Below are positions 49,467 through 64,000 of a DNA stretch of 64,000 nucleotides, piece by piece. The DNA is from Catajapyx aquilonaris (taxonomy: Eukaryota). The position numbers and the translations under genes were made by a program. Location: positions 1 through 64,000 of the forward strand of contig KZ538087.1 of NCBI GenBank assembly GCA_000934665.2, read 5' to 3'. How positions within the stretch are numbered: the stretch's first letter is position 1; each line of letters begins with the position of its first letter. The notes under the pieces were generated by a model. It had not been told where the DNA came from. It was given only the letters and a program-made list of their open reading frames with translations, and made no database searches.

Positions 49467-51037
49467 TTTTAAAAGTACTAGCAAGAGCTAATAATGGTAC
49501 TAGTAAACATGCGTTAAGTAGCTTATTAAGATTTTTGAATGAATAATGTGCCCATATTCCTTTTTGAGTAAGCAGTAGAACTACTTGTATATGACTCCTT
49601 GCGCCAGTGATGATAGGCCGTGGAAGTATTAATGCTCGTTGTGTTTATTATTGGCAACAATGGCGTGGAAAAATGCTTATCAATGATCTACACGTACAGT
49701 GATGTATCTGAGCCTTATGCCTATAGATAGTGTAGAATAAAGATGAAGATGCGTAATTAATTTGTGACAATCATAATTATGGTACTAAATGTACAACCTG
49801 CACGCTTGGTAACGTGCAATAAGGCAACAAATAATGCAATGTGGAAGTTTCAACTGCATGATACCACGTCGCGTCGTGGTACTGGATATGCTAGCAATTG
49901 CTGAGTGCTCCCCCCCCCCCCCCNCCCCCACTCATCCACTATATCCATTATTGAAAGCCAAGGTTTTTGTACCTGGCAGCACGACTACACTAACCGTCAG
50001 GGTCCACGTGTTATTATTGGATAGTTCAAATTGACCGAATGATTCGCCACAATAGTCAAAAAGCTGCCAGTCAACTCGGGAGCCAGTATGATAGATTGAC
50101 TTTTCAGTCGCATGAGTGAAGCAAGAACCCTATAACTTGACTGGAAATATTAACCGTATAGTTGAAATACTGTACAAACAACTTTCTCTCTCAGAAATAG
50201 GTGGAATAACAGTGGAACTGTTTAAACTAATAATATGAAACGCTTAAAAGGCCCGTGTTGACTTACGTTATATTTATATAAGGACTCCTGGGAGCAGACT
50301 ATTTCAATGGGAAAATAATAAAATATACATAATATTATAATAACGCTATTTAATTATACGTATACGCAAAATTTATTATGTACTGTACTGCTGCATGGCA
50401 TTATTAAAATAGGGGGCAGTAACATACTCATTGTTATGTAAAGATGTTTTGGTGCGCGCCACAACATGAAATTGTGGCTAGCCCGCTTGTTTTTCTTGCG
50501 TCAGTTGAAAAGATTTGTAATCCAATTCTTGTAAAAGTCTTCCAGCCCTGCAGACTATTACGTTGCACAATCTCTCTCCGACTGTTACTCTCCTCCACTA
50601 TACATGAGGTTGTTAAACGGGTTCAAGCAGATTTATTGCACTGAAATAATTAATTGTACACTCTCCGCCAGTAACAGCACCACCACTGCGCTTCATTTTG
50701 CATGTTAAAACTATACAGTAACTCAACTTTAAAGATAAAATTCAATTTTTGAAGGTGTAGAGTGGTACTACATGGTGGTATGTACACGTACACATCAATC
50801 TTGCATTAATCGTGCAAGGTCGGAAATTATTCTTTTTTGGAACATGGAAGCCAAATGCGGAAACGGGTAAATAGCGGAAAAACCCGCAATTTCATGTCCC
50901 AGCTCATTTCTGGACTTAATATAACATCTGAAAACCAGATAACATGCAAAGAAATAATATTGCAACTTGCGGAATACGGGGCGCATAACAAATATGTAAT
51001 GAGAGAATTCTTTCATATTTTTCTTTAGGTCGCAGAG

Positions 51038-51627
51038 CGTGACATGTCACGTCCGTGGCTTGTCCCAACCTTCACTTTCGTAGTTTTGTCAATTTTTATG
51101 CAAGGCATAAGAAGTTATTTCACTTTTTATATTAGAGTAATGGAGAAAGGAATACTGAAGGTAAAGGCTAGTACATTCTTTGTCCTGAAGTTCCAAATTG
51201 CATCGATTTTATTGCAAGAGTAATTTTGTCCCAAGGTTTCTCATCAAGTCAGTGGACAAAAACAAAAAATTGTTATAAAATCATCCAGGAAGCAGCAATG
51301 TGCAGGATTTTTGTCTTTTTGCTTGCTGATGCAGCCATATTGAGAAGCTGAATCAAAAACCTGCTGGGTTGGTTGCTTGAAGGCGTGTAATTCTGCTCTA
51401 AACGTCAGATTGAGTGAAGTGTCGAGATCAGTGCGTCACGTCTGTGGCACCTGCTAAATGTAGGTAAGCACTTCATTTCAATTTTTGCTCAAGTACGTGT
51501 GCTATTAGGTAAAAAGAGCTTACTCATTTTAACTAAAAGTTTATAACCTAAACTTACCACGTTTTACGTGGAATAAACAGAGAGTTTGTCACATCAGTGG
51601 TTGTCACGTCCGTGGACACTACCCGTC
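51038..51627. repeat. Four dispersed copies of a TGTCACGTCCGTGG motif; probable subterminal repeats of a DNA transposon
   Basis: Copies at about 51045, 51435, 51587 and 51602. Confidence 0.55.
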
Positions 51628-54600
51628 CACAGGCGCCCCTAGGCGGGGTCAGATGTTCAAGGACATCATTTTAATAACCTATTTGAATGTTTTGGACCAT
51701 CTATACGATGTTTCTAATGCCCTCATAGCTGTACACTACTTATTGTCAGATGTAAGCATACAGATAGGTTTCGAGTAAGTATACTCTGAATTTCCAAATT
51801 TCTTGTTTCATTGCACTTGAAGCGATTTGAAGTATTACTTACATTTATATTGCGAACTGTGCTAGCCACTTGGTTCGGTTCTACACCCTGTGCCACACCT
51901 AGTTCGTCAAGGTCAAGTAGACTCTGTATTCTTAACTGTGTGTATACAGCGGTAGATACAGCATTTTTATAATTTATAAACAAATGTGAAATATAAGTCG
52001 ACGATCTCGGCCGTTATTTTTGTGGGAACACCAGAGGTAATAACTATTTTTATTAAAAAAATTCTTTCTTTAAAGGACATTTACTCTTTTTTTGGGAAAT
52101 GAAATAGCACCTTTTTTCACTACTGACCCAAACACGTCACAATTATTTTATGGTCTTTATTGTTACTACTTTTGGATGAGTATATCGCATTTATGTGCAT
52201 ATTCACAGTTTTCCCAACCTTTGTAACAGTACATTAAAACCTAACCGAAGTTGAGTGCCACATAAAAAACTAACATACCTGTTGTCAGCTTTTAATGGTC
52301 CATTACAATGGCTGGAGAAACTGGAGAGTGATCACGTGTTATGAACAACCCCTGAGATATTTACAGCATGAATAATCTGACTTCCATACACAGAAGCTTG
52401 GTCCTTTGGCACCATAGAAATAGACAATAGTGGTCGGTTACTTTGGACTTTACAGTCGATACACATACGTATACTTGAAGCGTGTTAAAGCCAATCAGAG
52501 GATGAGCAATGTACGAGTTACTACTTTCAGTAGTGCTATTCATCAGGGCATAATATTACGCGCATATCCTGCCCAGAATGCATCATAAACGTTCGATATC
52601 TGTCAATCAAACTCGACGTAATTCCACCTAGGTAATTATTTTTTTGTTATTATCTTGAGTAAATAATGTTCCGTAACAAACCTAACGGAGTGTTTCGTAA
52701 CAAACCTATAGACCAATCTCTGAATGAATTCACTACAAACTATATTGGACTCAGGATTACAGAGCCATATTTCTCTATTTACCACCGACAATATGCAGAT
52801 CCGCTTTCAAATACGTCTAGTCGAGCAGGTTGCGTGGTCACTTTCATTAGTGATTAATGATTATCGTCACCAGTGAAAGGATGAAACAAGGTGTATAATC
52901 ATGATCATATTCTGTTCATCTGTTCACGATTTACAGGCCAATATTACGGGTTACATCATAACACCATCACCGTATCATTCATCAAAAAACTTTGGCTTTC
53001 TACTTGAACTTATTTAATGTCACCTTCGAACAATATGAGCATCAAAAACATCGCGTCTAATATTAGGCTGAATAAAAAAACATACTTGCTGACCACTGCA
53101 GAGTTAGTCTCTGAAAATGGGGATAGATCCATATGACTTATCAAACCAGTGGTTCCAAGCGAGGTTCCAACTGGGTTTCAATTCATCAGGGACTGACAGG
53201 ATGCTTCCATACTACGTATAATATTAGTAGTAATTTCTGCTTCCTTTAGAAGTAACTGTTCCAACTGAAGTAACTCCTCAATAATAATGATGCCAAAATT
53301 ACTTGTATAACAAATGAGAGGAATTCAGTTGGAACAACCTGTGTACCTAAAGTCATTAACCAAAATGTAATGACTGTAGTTATCCTTCCCATAATATGTA
53401 CGTATAATATTTAATATAAGTTAATATATTAAAAATTAATATCCTTCCCATAATTATGTGAAAGCTTCGTATTTTTGCCATTGTGGCGGTCCCATACGCA
53501 TTTGAATCTAGTCATGTCCAAGGAGCATAAACTCGACTTCCACTTTGTGTTTTGTGCAACTCCTTACAGCACAGTAGCACGACTGTTGGGGGGGGGGGGA
53601 TATTTTAATAATTCAATTAAAACCATCGTAATGAGGGTGTGAATGACCAAGCTAATGTCATTCATCACCCTGCATCGTATAGTCAATATCAATATATGTC
53701 ACGACCACCGGAAACCTTTTGCTCCAATAAGAAACCTCCAAATACTGGAGGACTGGACCAACCTTCCTATTAGTTGTGCAGTTTGTTAGCTAATTCCACT
53801 TTCGTCGATTAAGTTCCTAGTCTAGAGAAAGTGCGTTCGACCAACCCTTTTTAAACAGTGACTGTTGGTTAGGGAGCGGCGTTGTCGGATTTATTTTTCG
53901 TAATAGTGGTCGAAAATAGCAGTGTTACCAATGGAAAGGCTTACTTCTCATTTCCAGTCCCAAGCAGATAATTCCGTTACGAGAAATCACGGCAGTGTGT
54001 CCAGCATTTATTGTTATTATTGTGGCTTAAGTATTATACCTTAGTAGCTCAAAGCTTCTGTCGACATCTATCTCAACTGATAGTGGGAGTAAACTGAAGA
54101 ACATATTTGGCCCGAAACGAGACATATTTCTTTTATCCTAGCATGTTAGGCTATTTGTGAACTCCGATTGTTCGTCAGAAAGTGGGTCTTCCAGGGGCAA
54201 AACCCTGCGGCTATGACTCACCCGATCCGGTGAAAACTCATCGGGTTTTCCGATAAGCTGAAAAATATGCGGGCATGACAAGTTTTTTCGACAAATAATT
54301 CTGTCCTCACTAGTAATGCATCATAAGTCCTGACAAAAATTGACTTACGCTTTTCTTTCCTACTCATCGAGCCAAATATTGCTCAAGTTTACTACCAGCT
54401 CCATTATAGTCAGGAGGTGCGTTTTATGCTTCGAAACGGAATCAGGGAGAACCCTGTTTACGATAAATTTTTATAAGCAGCAAAGAAGGGTCGCGGACCA
54501 TATAAGAAAGCAGTCAGCGTGCCAGCAATTGTGCTGAAAATTGAGCGAAAGATGAGAAAAAGAATAAGCAAAAGCGTGCCTAGAGAGGGGGAGAGTCAGT

Positions 54601-57600
54601 CGGCAGCAGTTTTGGCAGCCACAAACATGCCAATTCCTCCACTTGGGAGACAATAAAGCCGAGCCACCCCCAAGACAATTATATTCAGCGTGATTATCTC
54701 CTAACTAGGAGGCTCCCTGGGGCAAATGGCCGCTTAACTGGCTGATACTCGAGGGAGAGAAGGTGCTTCCATTTCACAGGCCACAAGCTCCGACGAGGGA
54801 GTAAAGTTCTTCAGAAAGGTGGCTGAAAAGTGCCAACGGTGGTGACCGGTTGTCGTTGCCTCCGGGCATTTAATTGTCGGAGGCAAATTGCTGGCGGGGG
54901 AGGAAGCAGGGAGACTAATGGGGTTATATGGCGAGAGAGCGCGGTGAGCATCCATCAAATCAACAGCTTCATTAGTTGGCCAATTGGCAACCGGGCCACA
55001 CGGCCTATTAGAACATGATTTACCGACCTAGCACGGCTCAGCGTGTATGCATTGTGTTTTAACACCCGCACTTGGCGGATAATAGGGTATTACTCGGGGC
55101 TTGTCAAAATGTCGGGAGGCCCCCCCTGGCCCAATCTCAAGCTTTGGAACTATCATGTGACCAGGTCCATCACCCTGACGGGTCTAATGGTTTGGGGCGG
55201 ATTCGCTTCATTTGGGATGGTAGGGGTATGTGTGTATGGTTCGAACTTTGTATGGTGTATGGCTAGGTCGTTGTGGTCTAAAGCAGGTAGGGCGATAGAT
55301 CCCTGCCAGGATCGTTGTCTGCTCTAATCGCGATAATTTATAGCGAGAATGTCCCTAATAACATTAGGTAACAAAGTTGTTCTTGCCTACTAAGATCCTT
55401 AAACGAGAAAACTATAAATTAAAAATTGATTGGCAATTTTTCCAAGTGCATGTGGCCACAGCAGTGGAGAATTTTTCTATTATTTTTTGAGTTCCATGTT
55501 GTTTGAAAATAGTAATATTGCATACGGTAAAATGTAAGTGATAGTGCAACCCTGTTTGCATAATGTGGCAATCATTGTAATGGACAATGCAATGGGATGA
55601 TTCACACACATTAACTCCATTAATATCAATTTTAGTGGACAATGTGCAACCCTAAAAACTGGTCATCTTCTACCAATAAAAATAAAATAATTTTATAATG
55701 ATCCTGACGCCTTCTATGGCCACTTTAAGTTTGAAAAGGTTAATTTTCATATCAAAAATTCTCAGTTGGATATCTAAGTAGGCAAAAACTGAATTTCACT
55801 ATTTTCATGCGATATTATTGGGAACAACGTTACTAAAATTATTGCTATTGAGCCTACAGCGATACTGGTGGGGATCCTTTGTTATGATCAGCAGAACACG
55901 TCACTTGTTTAACTCAGGCGGAACCCTGTTGCCCGCATATTCGGAATTTTAAATTCCTGTTCGATCATGGACGGTATAATGCTGAAGGACCGCCTGACTT
56001 TGTTAAATACTTTGCCAAATACGCTTCGATTGTGGTCAGCTTCTGCATCCTGTTTATAGTCAGCACTGTATGTCCTTGGTGTCTAGACCATCGCATCGAG
56101 AGAGGAACAATAGTGCAAACTCCGATATGAGAAATGTCTGAAATGTTGCGCAAACCAAAAGTCATTATTTGCCTGACCTTTTGAGAGATGTTCACAGATG
56201 TTGACTCACGAAACAGGCCCAGCATTGTTGGAATTTCTCGTACCAGGCCTCTATTCATCATAAGGATTCATAACATGTAATCTCGACTGTATGGCCGCCT
56301 CGCTCCAAGAACATTCTGGATCAAAAATGTCGCCTCTCGTTGGGAACCTTCTACTAAAGTAGTCCCACGAACATTTAATAAGGGTACTCATATGCTCTTT
56401 GATGATACACTGTTGTCATACAGGCATGTAATTTACATAATCTGACGTTATCATATACGCTTTTGCAATTTGCGACAAGAGAATCCCACATTTTAGAGCT
56501 CATTTATTAAAGATGCGATTAGATAAATGATTAGCCAAATAATTGCATCGCCAATATCTGATTTGGAATAATGACTTTGAGTGAACCAGCCTTCAGTGTA
56601 GTCCCACTATATATACAGTATACAAGCCAGTGAACGAGCCTTAATTGGGAGGTCATCACAAACCCAGCGGACTGAGCGTGTAAAGTACACACAGCATCGG
56701 CGACTATGGTGGGTGGCGCTCTGAGCTGGATGTATGCACAATATTGACCGAAACCCGAAACAAAACCCGATTTCCGCCCCGTATTCCGTGGGAATAATGA
56801 GCAGCAAGAGGCTATTTGCGATATCCTAGGCCACACCATTGCCAGGCTCTCTATTATTTGATTAGAGCTAATTTCTCCCTAATCGCTACTTGAAAATCAA
56901 TTTACACAGACAGTGGACCGCAAGAGAGGGGCAAGGCGAGATTTCCGTTTCAAGCCGCTTTTGTACACAATTATAGGATTTCCTATAGGCCGTCAGTCGG
57001 GTGCAGATGAGACAGGGCTAGGAGGAGGGTAGAATAGGGCGAATATTTCATGGGAGTACCGGACTTTGTCAAGGCTGACACTACACGGGCCCATGATGGG
57101 CTTCCCGGGACACTAATGAGGACGACGGTTTTGTGGCCGAATAGGCCGAAATGGAGACTTAAAAATAAAGCGGCGGTAATTTGGGAAAGAAGGAGAGAGG
57201 AAGGGTCAGCACTTTGATCCAGTAATGGCCAAGCGCGTCCGTCTGTTCGGACGTGAAATGAGATAAGGTGATTTATTACCTGCACGAAGGTTTCCAGGTT
57301 AGACTTGAAGCTGTAATTTGGAGTTGAAGCCAACTGATGGAAGAGTGCTTGCGATTATTAAGATCAGCTGAACCCCCACCAACTTTTCGCGTGCGGCTGA
57401 CCAGTGTTACGTACTTGATACTGCGCCTATACCGGACAACACATTTGGTTATCAGTCAACACACTATACGAGCCCACTGATGGCGGAACATATATGTAGT
57501 AACAAGTTTAGGGTCATCCATCATCAGCACGGGACGCACTGAATGGATAATGAAATAACGGACCAGGATGAACAGTGAGGATGCTGGCCCACACTGTTCA

Positions 57601-57859
57601 TATCCAGACTTGGAGACTGAAGTTTCTTGACATCAAAATGAAAGAGCGATCAGAAATTTAGTTTTAAAAATGTGTAACGTAACCAATAAAGTTTTCAGCT
57701 GCAAGGACCCCCATAGCTGAGAATGTTCACATAATATCCCCGTCTCCAAGCCAGGTCCATGCACTGGAGAGAAACAGAGCAGAAAATGAGAACCGGCTTT
57801 CTGATCAGCCCTTGTTCATTGTGCACGTGGAGCAATTTCATAGTTGGCAAAGGCCTCCC

Positions 57860-58720
57860 CCCTCTGAGGATTGAGTCGGACTTGGGTAAGGTCTGACCAG
57901 TTTTGACTAGATTGAGAGGTGTTAAGCACCGAGGGGCGGATTGTCTGGACCCGGAGCCAACTTGATGTGCAGAATAGTTGGCAGTGGAGTGTTCTTGGAG
58001 GGGGCCCCACGTGGAAAATTGATTTCTGGCCGAGTAATCCGGAGCATAAAGTGGAGGAAATAAGTGGTAGAGGGTGTGGAGTAGGCGGGCAGGCGGCGAG
58101 ATGAATATCCAGGAGACTTATAGACCTGTCGGAATTGCTTACCTTGGCGGGCCCCCGGCCACACTCATCGGTCCGAAACCCTTGCAGTCTGCAATCATCC
58201 CGGTATACCGCCGCTCCCGGTATAAATCCTTCCCGGATATCCAATTAAGGGCTTAACGCAACTACTTGTACTCTGCACAACCGCCATCCATTACAGCCCT
58301 CCCAAGTTTTCCTGCTTGCACTGACTAATACTGCACGGATTCAATTACACCGCGCGGGTTGACCTTCTCGCAGGATATTGGATTATACCCGCTTTTCTAG
58401 CCTCCCCCACACCTAAATGTCGCTCCGAATTATTCCCGAGTGTCAAAGATTGGCGAAAGAGTTGGCACAGGATGTGTGTGAAATGAAGCCATGTCGACGT
58501 CCGGGAACTTCATATCTGCAGTTGGGGCTTGGTGACAGCGACCAAGACCGGAGATGAGCATGGGGGGAACGGAACGAAACAGAAGGACCTAGGAAGAAAA
58601 ACTGGGTGGGGCACGTGCTTCCTCTCAACTCTTATCTCTGGCAGGGAGGGTTTTAGCTGCAGATCTTGGATGTTGCACACAGCCAGATGAAAAGGGTGTG
58701 CCAGCAGCCAGCGGGGTCCA
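57860..58720 (-). mobile_element. Highly decayed LINE (CR1/L2/Jockey-like) endonuclease/RT relic
   Basis: Ordered motif relics on minus across frames: VCNIQDLQLKPSLP (cf. IxxQETWLKP), GIPG*LQTARV (cf. GxxPxxWKxAxV), VSNSDRSISLL (cf. SNYRPISLL), NWSDLTQVRLNP (cf. W....L.LNP). Confidence 0.45.
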
Positions 58721-61700
58721 GCAAGGGGGAAAAGGGAATGAGAGAGCAAAATGACCCAGCCATGGAGACCGGTATAGCCCAGTCACTCCGGGGAATAGTC
58801 TCGCGGAGTCATTTGACAGCGAGAGAGAGAGAGAGGGGGGGGGGGGGGGNGGGGGGGGGGGACACTCTCTGGAGACCCCACGTTGGCTGCCCAACTTCCT
58901 TTTCACTATTTTATTACCACCCACTTCTATGCATCCGAACCCCACGGTTCTTTGTGGCGAGGCTTAATTAGGAAGCGTGGGTGTACGAATTGCTAATGAA
59001 TTGGTCAGAGCCGGAGAGAAACTGTTGGGGCCTTCTTTTCATACAAGGAGGGTGGAAAAATGCAGTCGTCATGCAGGTAGGGAAGTGTGAGTGGCTGGTT
59101 CTTTCAGTTCTTCAGGTGCATCATATAATGAAGTTTCCCGTAGGTATACTCGTACAGTATGGATAATTATGAAACTTTTGTCAGTGGTCCTTTGAATATG
59201 TGCAACTGCTGCCCGAGCACCTTTTTTCTCCCTAATAATGAGCTCATTTCGAACTAGTTTCCGGGCGGCTATTGGTTTGCAGAAGTGTTCAGTGCTCTCA
59301 TTTCGCACGCAGTTCACGTTCCCTTTCTTCATATTCTAGTTATAGGGACGTTAGTGTGCAATCCAGAGAGCGGCGCTTCCGATAGTAAAGTGTCTTTACG
59401 CATCCCACTTTTCTGCTCCAAATGCTATTTCACTCCTAAAAAGGATCTACCTACACCGCATACAACTTGAGAGGCCGGTCGTTTCGCATTTGAAAAGAAG
59501 TTGGCTCATTAGAGCACCTTTCATGAGTCTAAGAGAGCGTTAGGAGTGCCGAACTACGGGCCTTATAAGCCTTTCAGAAAGTAATGATCTCTCTAGCTGT
59601 GCCCCTCTTCTCATTGTTTCGAAGCAAGGTGTGACCACGGCCACATGAAAATGTTCTATAACCACTAATTGCCATAGTATGGCTTATAGGCGGAATTCAT
59701 ACCAGCTTCTGGAAGTATCACATTTAAGCATTTTGTGTAGGGCAGCCAGAAAGTATTTAAAAAAAATTATTGCCTCACAATTTGCGGTTGGAAAATTTTG
59801 TCAGCTTAACCTCGCAGTATAGCCAACTCAGTCATAATTAGGAGGGGGGGAACAGATGACTTCGACTATACAAAAAGTTGCAGGTTATACAGCATTAAAG
59901 TGGTATCCAGCAGGTAATAGTTATCCAAGTGAATGATGGCATTCCCTCGCCCCAGGTTCATCGCCGGATTATTTAGTAATTCTTTTTCTGGAGTTTTCCA
60001 ACATGTAAAGTATACATGTGCGTGCCCGAGGCAAAAGATGCTGGAAAAGATATTGACGAAAGCCCAGTAAGTGCTCCCCCATCTTTATGTTAATCACTAC
60101 CTACGTACTTGTCGATTCATAAAATTCCTCCCCTCTTTCCTCTTTAGGGTAAATTATATCCCAAGAGCCCAAGTCACGAGCAAAGTTCGATCAACGTTCA
60201 CTTTTAATTACCCGCAAACCTTCCGTCCGTCAATCAGTAATGAGGCCCAACGTGCAAAAGCCGATATTAACTCGACCAGTAATACAAAAGGAATGAATAT
60301 TCACTCTGTATTTAGCTGCTTTCAGACTCAACTAGCGTAAATGATAACGACCATTTTTTTTAGCAGCCGCCTATAGTCGAATTGAGGCAATTGTGAAAGA
60401 AAAAGGAACTGTCGTGATGGTGATGATACATCTAGCAAGTGTCGCTTTGTACAACGTATGAAAACTTGTCCCCCNAAAAAAAAAAAAACGCTGGTGGTTT
60501 AACTTTGATCTTTCAACGGAAGGACTCAATTTGCCTGCGCCCATTGATCCAGACCGCGCTTGTGCAGAAATGTGCTTTTTTTCACCAACTTTTTCGTCAT
60601 TCGACCTAGCAGCAGCAGCCACCCTGTGCATATTAGGTGGCTGCATAGCCGGCCCAAAAATTATAGCGCATCCCCTACATGCTGCTGGGCGGTGCAAACC
60701 AGGGAGTTTAATACTGATATACAGTTAGGAGGAAAGGCATATGTGGATTGTTCATATCATCGCAATGAATCACGCATTTAAATTACATTTAGGCCACCAT
60801 TCGCCGCTGGAAACTTGTATTGCACGTTTGGGAAATAAGCAAGCAGTTGGGCTGGATGCAAATGTTGTGGTCCTCTGCAACAAGGCAAATGCTTCGTGTC
60901 CAACACTGGGAAACCCTGGTTAGACGTGCGCTTTTGGATTCACATAATACACTGATGGTGTGTGCTATATACAGACTGACCAAAAAAAAAGTACTGTCCA
61001 GTAATAATAAAAAAAATAAAAATCGGACTTTTTCTTCCATCACCTTTCCCCCTCTCCCGTCTGTTTATCTCCAGTTCCATCCCTAGCTGGTTCCGGCACC
61101 AAGGGTGGGCATAATCTCTGGAAATTTTCCACGCCATTCCCTGCTTTATTTCAACCCATTGGGCCAGCAATATGGAGCTAGGACGGGCTCGAGACTATCG
61201 GGCATAAAGCAAAAGAGAGAGGGGGGAAAAACTGGAGAGGCGAGCAGGCGAGGTGTGTGGGGACGGGGGGGAGGCCATGATGCACTACTGCCGGAGATAT
61301 ATGTCATCGCTGGGACTTGTTACCAGGCAGAAACATGGCAAGTGCCCTTTACGCTCCTGCCAAATGGATGCTTGCGAAAGGAAACGGTTTTGCGAGTCGG
61401 CTCCAGATGTAACTCCACAGAGGGGCTTCACTCTGGCCAATCTGCCAAACTGCACTTGAAACGCCACAATGGTTCATCTTCAGCCAGCAAAAATGTGCCA
61501 CATGTATCTGATAAAAAATAATATCCAGTGTAGCCATTAATCTCGACAGCTACCCTCGCCTAAGCTAATTAGGCTGGCATGCTATAACAAAGCACACCAG
61601 CCAAGTTAAAAACTAGATTAACATCTGGCATATAGGTGTAATGCACAAATTTTGCTTTCTTTTTTTAAGGGGAATGAGGGGCTGTAAATATAGGTGCAGT

Positions 61701-64000
61701 ACTGCAATTAGCGAAGGCTACTTGCATTTATATTAAATCGTTCAGCGCTAATATTTCCCAGATCAGCGTTTCGGGGGGCCTGGCCAAAATCAGCACAGAT
61801 GAACGTGATTTTAATCGAGCCGCGCCTTCCATAATTCATCTCTCAGGAAACAGGGTACTTAATATGGAAACCATGGATAGGCAGCAGGGAGAACCGGGGG
61901 GGGAAAAACTAGAACTATCTTGCACGTTGGGGAAGTGAAAAGATAGCTGACGTAAGGCGGCAACCTTAGGAAACAAACAGCACCTAAGTTATGCGCACTA
62001 CTTGATATTCAGAATGCTATCATGATCTGGGAGTTTCCGTGTACAGGGTGGTTTGGCGAATGGCTTTAAAATGCTATATCGACACTGTAGCGCCAACTGT
62101 TGTACGTGTAAATCCTACCAAGTATTTTTAGCAGAGATTATTAATGCTGATGATATTCGTTTAAGCTGTTATCTGCTCAATTTATCCACTTGAAAGTGAA
62201 AATTGACGCAATCTATAAATTCTTGAAGTTTTCCGCCAATTGAGTAAAATATTTAATTATATTAGCATTTTGCTTTTTAGTAGGTTGGAAAATCGTCTCT
62301 TTAAACCATTAGCACCATTTCAAGCACATATAGTTTGGAAAATAATTTACGAGAGCAGTTAATTCAGCATTATACAGTACTAGCCTGTTACATCAGTTTG
62401 AACTGATTCGCTGAATCGTCCTGTATATATAGCCTATGCGTATTGATTCAACCCGCTCTGGTGTCTACCGCGATGGAGACAACCTGAGGAAACCAGCTCG
62501 CTATTAAACAAGGTCGGATAAGAAATCCCACCTGAGATTGCGAATTAGTTTCGCTCCTTCCTCGCGAGGTTTCTCTCCGACAGCTTCGGAATTTGTTTGC
62601 GAGCCACGCATTGTTGCCAAAGGTCGCCAAGAAATAATCTGGAAGCCGACTTGCATATACACCCTTGATTTATTTCTGAACCCTAGCCAAGCATTGTTTC
62701 TGAAAATAAAAAAAAGCGAACTAAGTTGCATCCTAGCGTAATAAGTAGAAATGAAGAACGTGCCAGGGGTAGATCTGGGTCGCACTTGTTTTCAGTGGCG
62801 CCAGTAACTTAATTGGGCTGGTTGGATTCAGCACGAGGAAGTGAGCTCAGGAGTGCAGGCCCCGTATCTCCAAGTGGCGTGAATAGACTGCTGCTGTTTG
62901 TAAGAGTAGAAATTGCCGCCTCGCCTTCTGTGCTCATTGATTTTCTGCTCCGTCTCAAGTGCGCTAACTAACTTCTAGAATTCAAGAATCTTTGCTGGCT
63001 AGGCCTGAATCCACAAAGTTGATGAAAAGCATACACCTACCCCAAGTTACTTTAAATTACACTATGACAGAAGCAGATGCTCATATGCACTTTTTCTGAG
63101 GACCAAATCTGGGACAGGGAAAATTGAACTGAAGAACTTTGGGGGTTGGGTGGGAGAGAAGACAAGGTGTGGCTAAATGATAGTTTCCTAATGGTTAAGT
63201 TTGACGCTTTTCGTTGTTTTACAATTTGAAACTTTTTAATGGTACAGGGGCACAATTTATAGGGAGCGGCTGGTTGTGTGCATTCTCAGATGTTTCATTC
63301 CCAGGCATGATTAAAAACTTTGTACCACTCCTTCAGGGCTAGGACAGAGGGAATCACGGTTACCCCTTAGCAAACAGATAAAAATGTGAATTGTGTATAC
63401 CCAATGTCATGAACTTCTTGTCTCGGACAGTACATTGTGCAATATGAACATCGACCCGAATGAATCCCTCAAAGTAATTACCTCTCTCGTTACCTCATGC
63501 CGACTTTTCTTTTGTCTAGTGATCCCATGACGTCCCTTTCGTCATTACTGTCTCACCATGAAGTCTTCTGCTATATTACTTCTGATTAATTTTCTTCTGA
63601 AGCTAGAGTGTGTAAAAAGAGCAATCACTAGACTCTCACTAGTCATGTTTAGTATAAAAGACCTGCTGAAAGGTAGTCTATATAGGGTGTTTTATAATGA
63701 CACAAACTTGAGCTGAACTCTTGGGCACCATGGAATCACTTCGCATAGAGGTGTCATTTGGTCTCCGCAGCCTCGTTACTCGTTATGCGTTACGTTAATG
63801 GGCTGCAAACACGGGGGTGTAAAATATCCTGGCAGTTACGCATCCCTCACCTTTGGCTTTTTAAATTAGTATCTAGGTGTTACCTTGCAACTTTAAGGTG
63901 AAATCTCATCCAGTGTAACAGTCAGGGGTCGATGCTATGGAAGTGCCGCAGGCTATATCAGCCACATTGAAAATGGTACATTGAACTCTTTGTTTTTGTT

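Noticed and set aside
55160..55250. LMVWGGFASFG, reminiscent of the Tc1 VMVWG motif
   Set aside because: No flanking catalytic-motif context or TIRs recognised
55965..56261. AYLAKYLTKS, reminiscent of a rolling-circle Rep (Helitron) tyrosine motif
   Set aside because: Single short motif; no HUH motif or helicase found nearby

Overview
Eukaryotic, gene-poor and repeat-rich DNA, most likely from an arthropod (it carries a divergent ionotropic receptor and a TTAGG-type repeat). Only two convincing protein-coding genes are present, both on the minus strand with uninterrupted CDSs. The first is a divergent CNOT2/NOT2 (Regena)-like paralog (9068-10168). It keeps the NOT-box but appears to have lost the NOT1-anchoring segment, and its predicted promoter and non-coding first exon lie in a block duplicated about 10.2 kb away (293-2435 vs 10473-11987). 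The second is a divergent ionotropic chemoreceptor (IR, 32347-34167). The rest is non-coding, with a C2H2 zinc-finger pseudogene relic, decayed Tc1/mariner and LINE fragments, three tRNA-derived SINE families (one with a V-domain), many MITEs with identifiable TIRs/TSDs (hAT-, pogo/Tc1-, Kolobok- and Harbinger-like), several spacerless palindromes and microsatellites. All family assignments come from motif recognition by eye; no searches were run.
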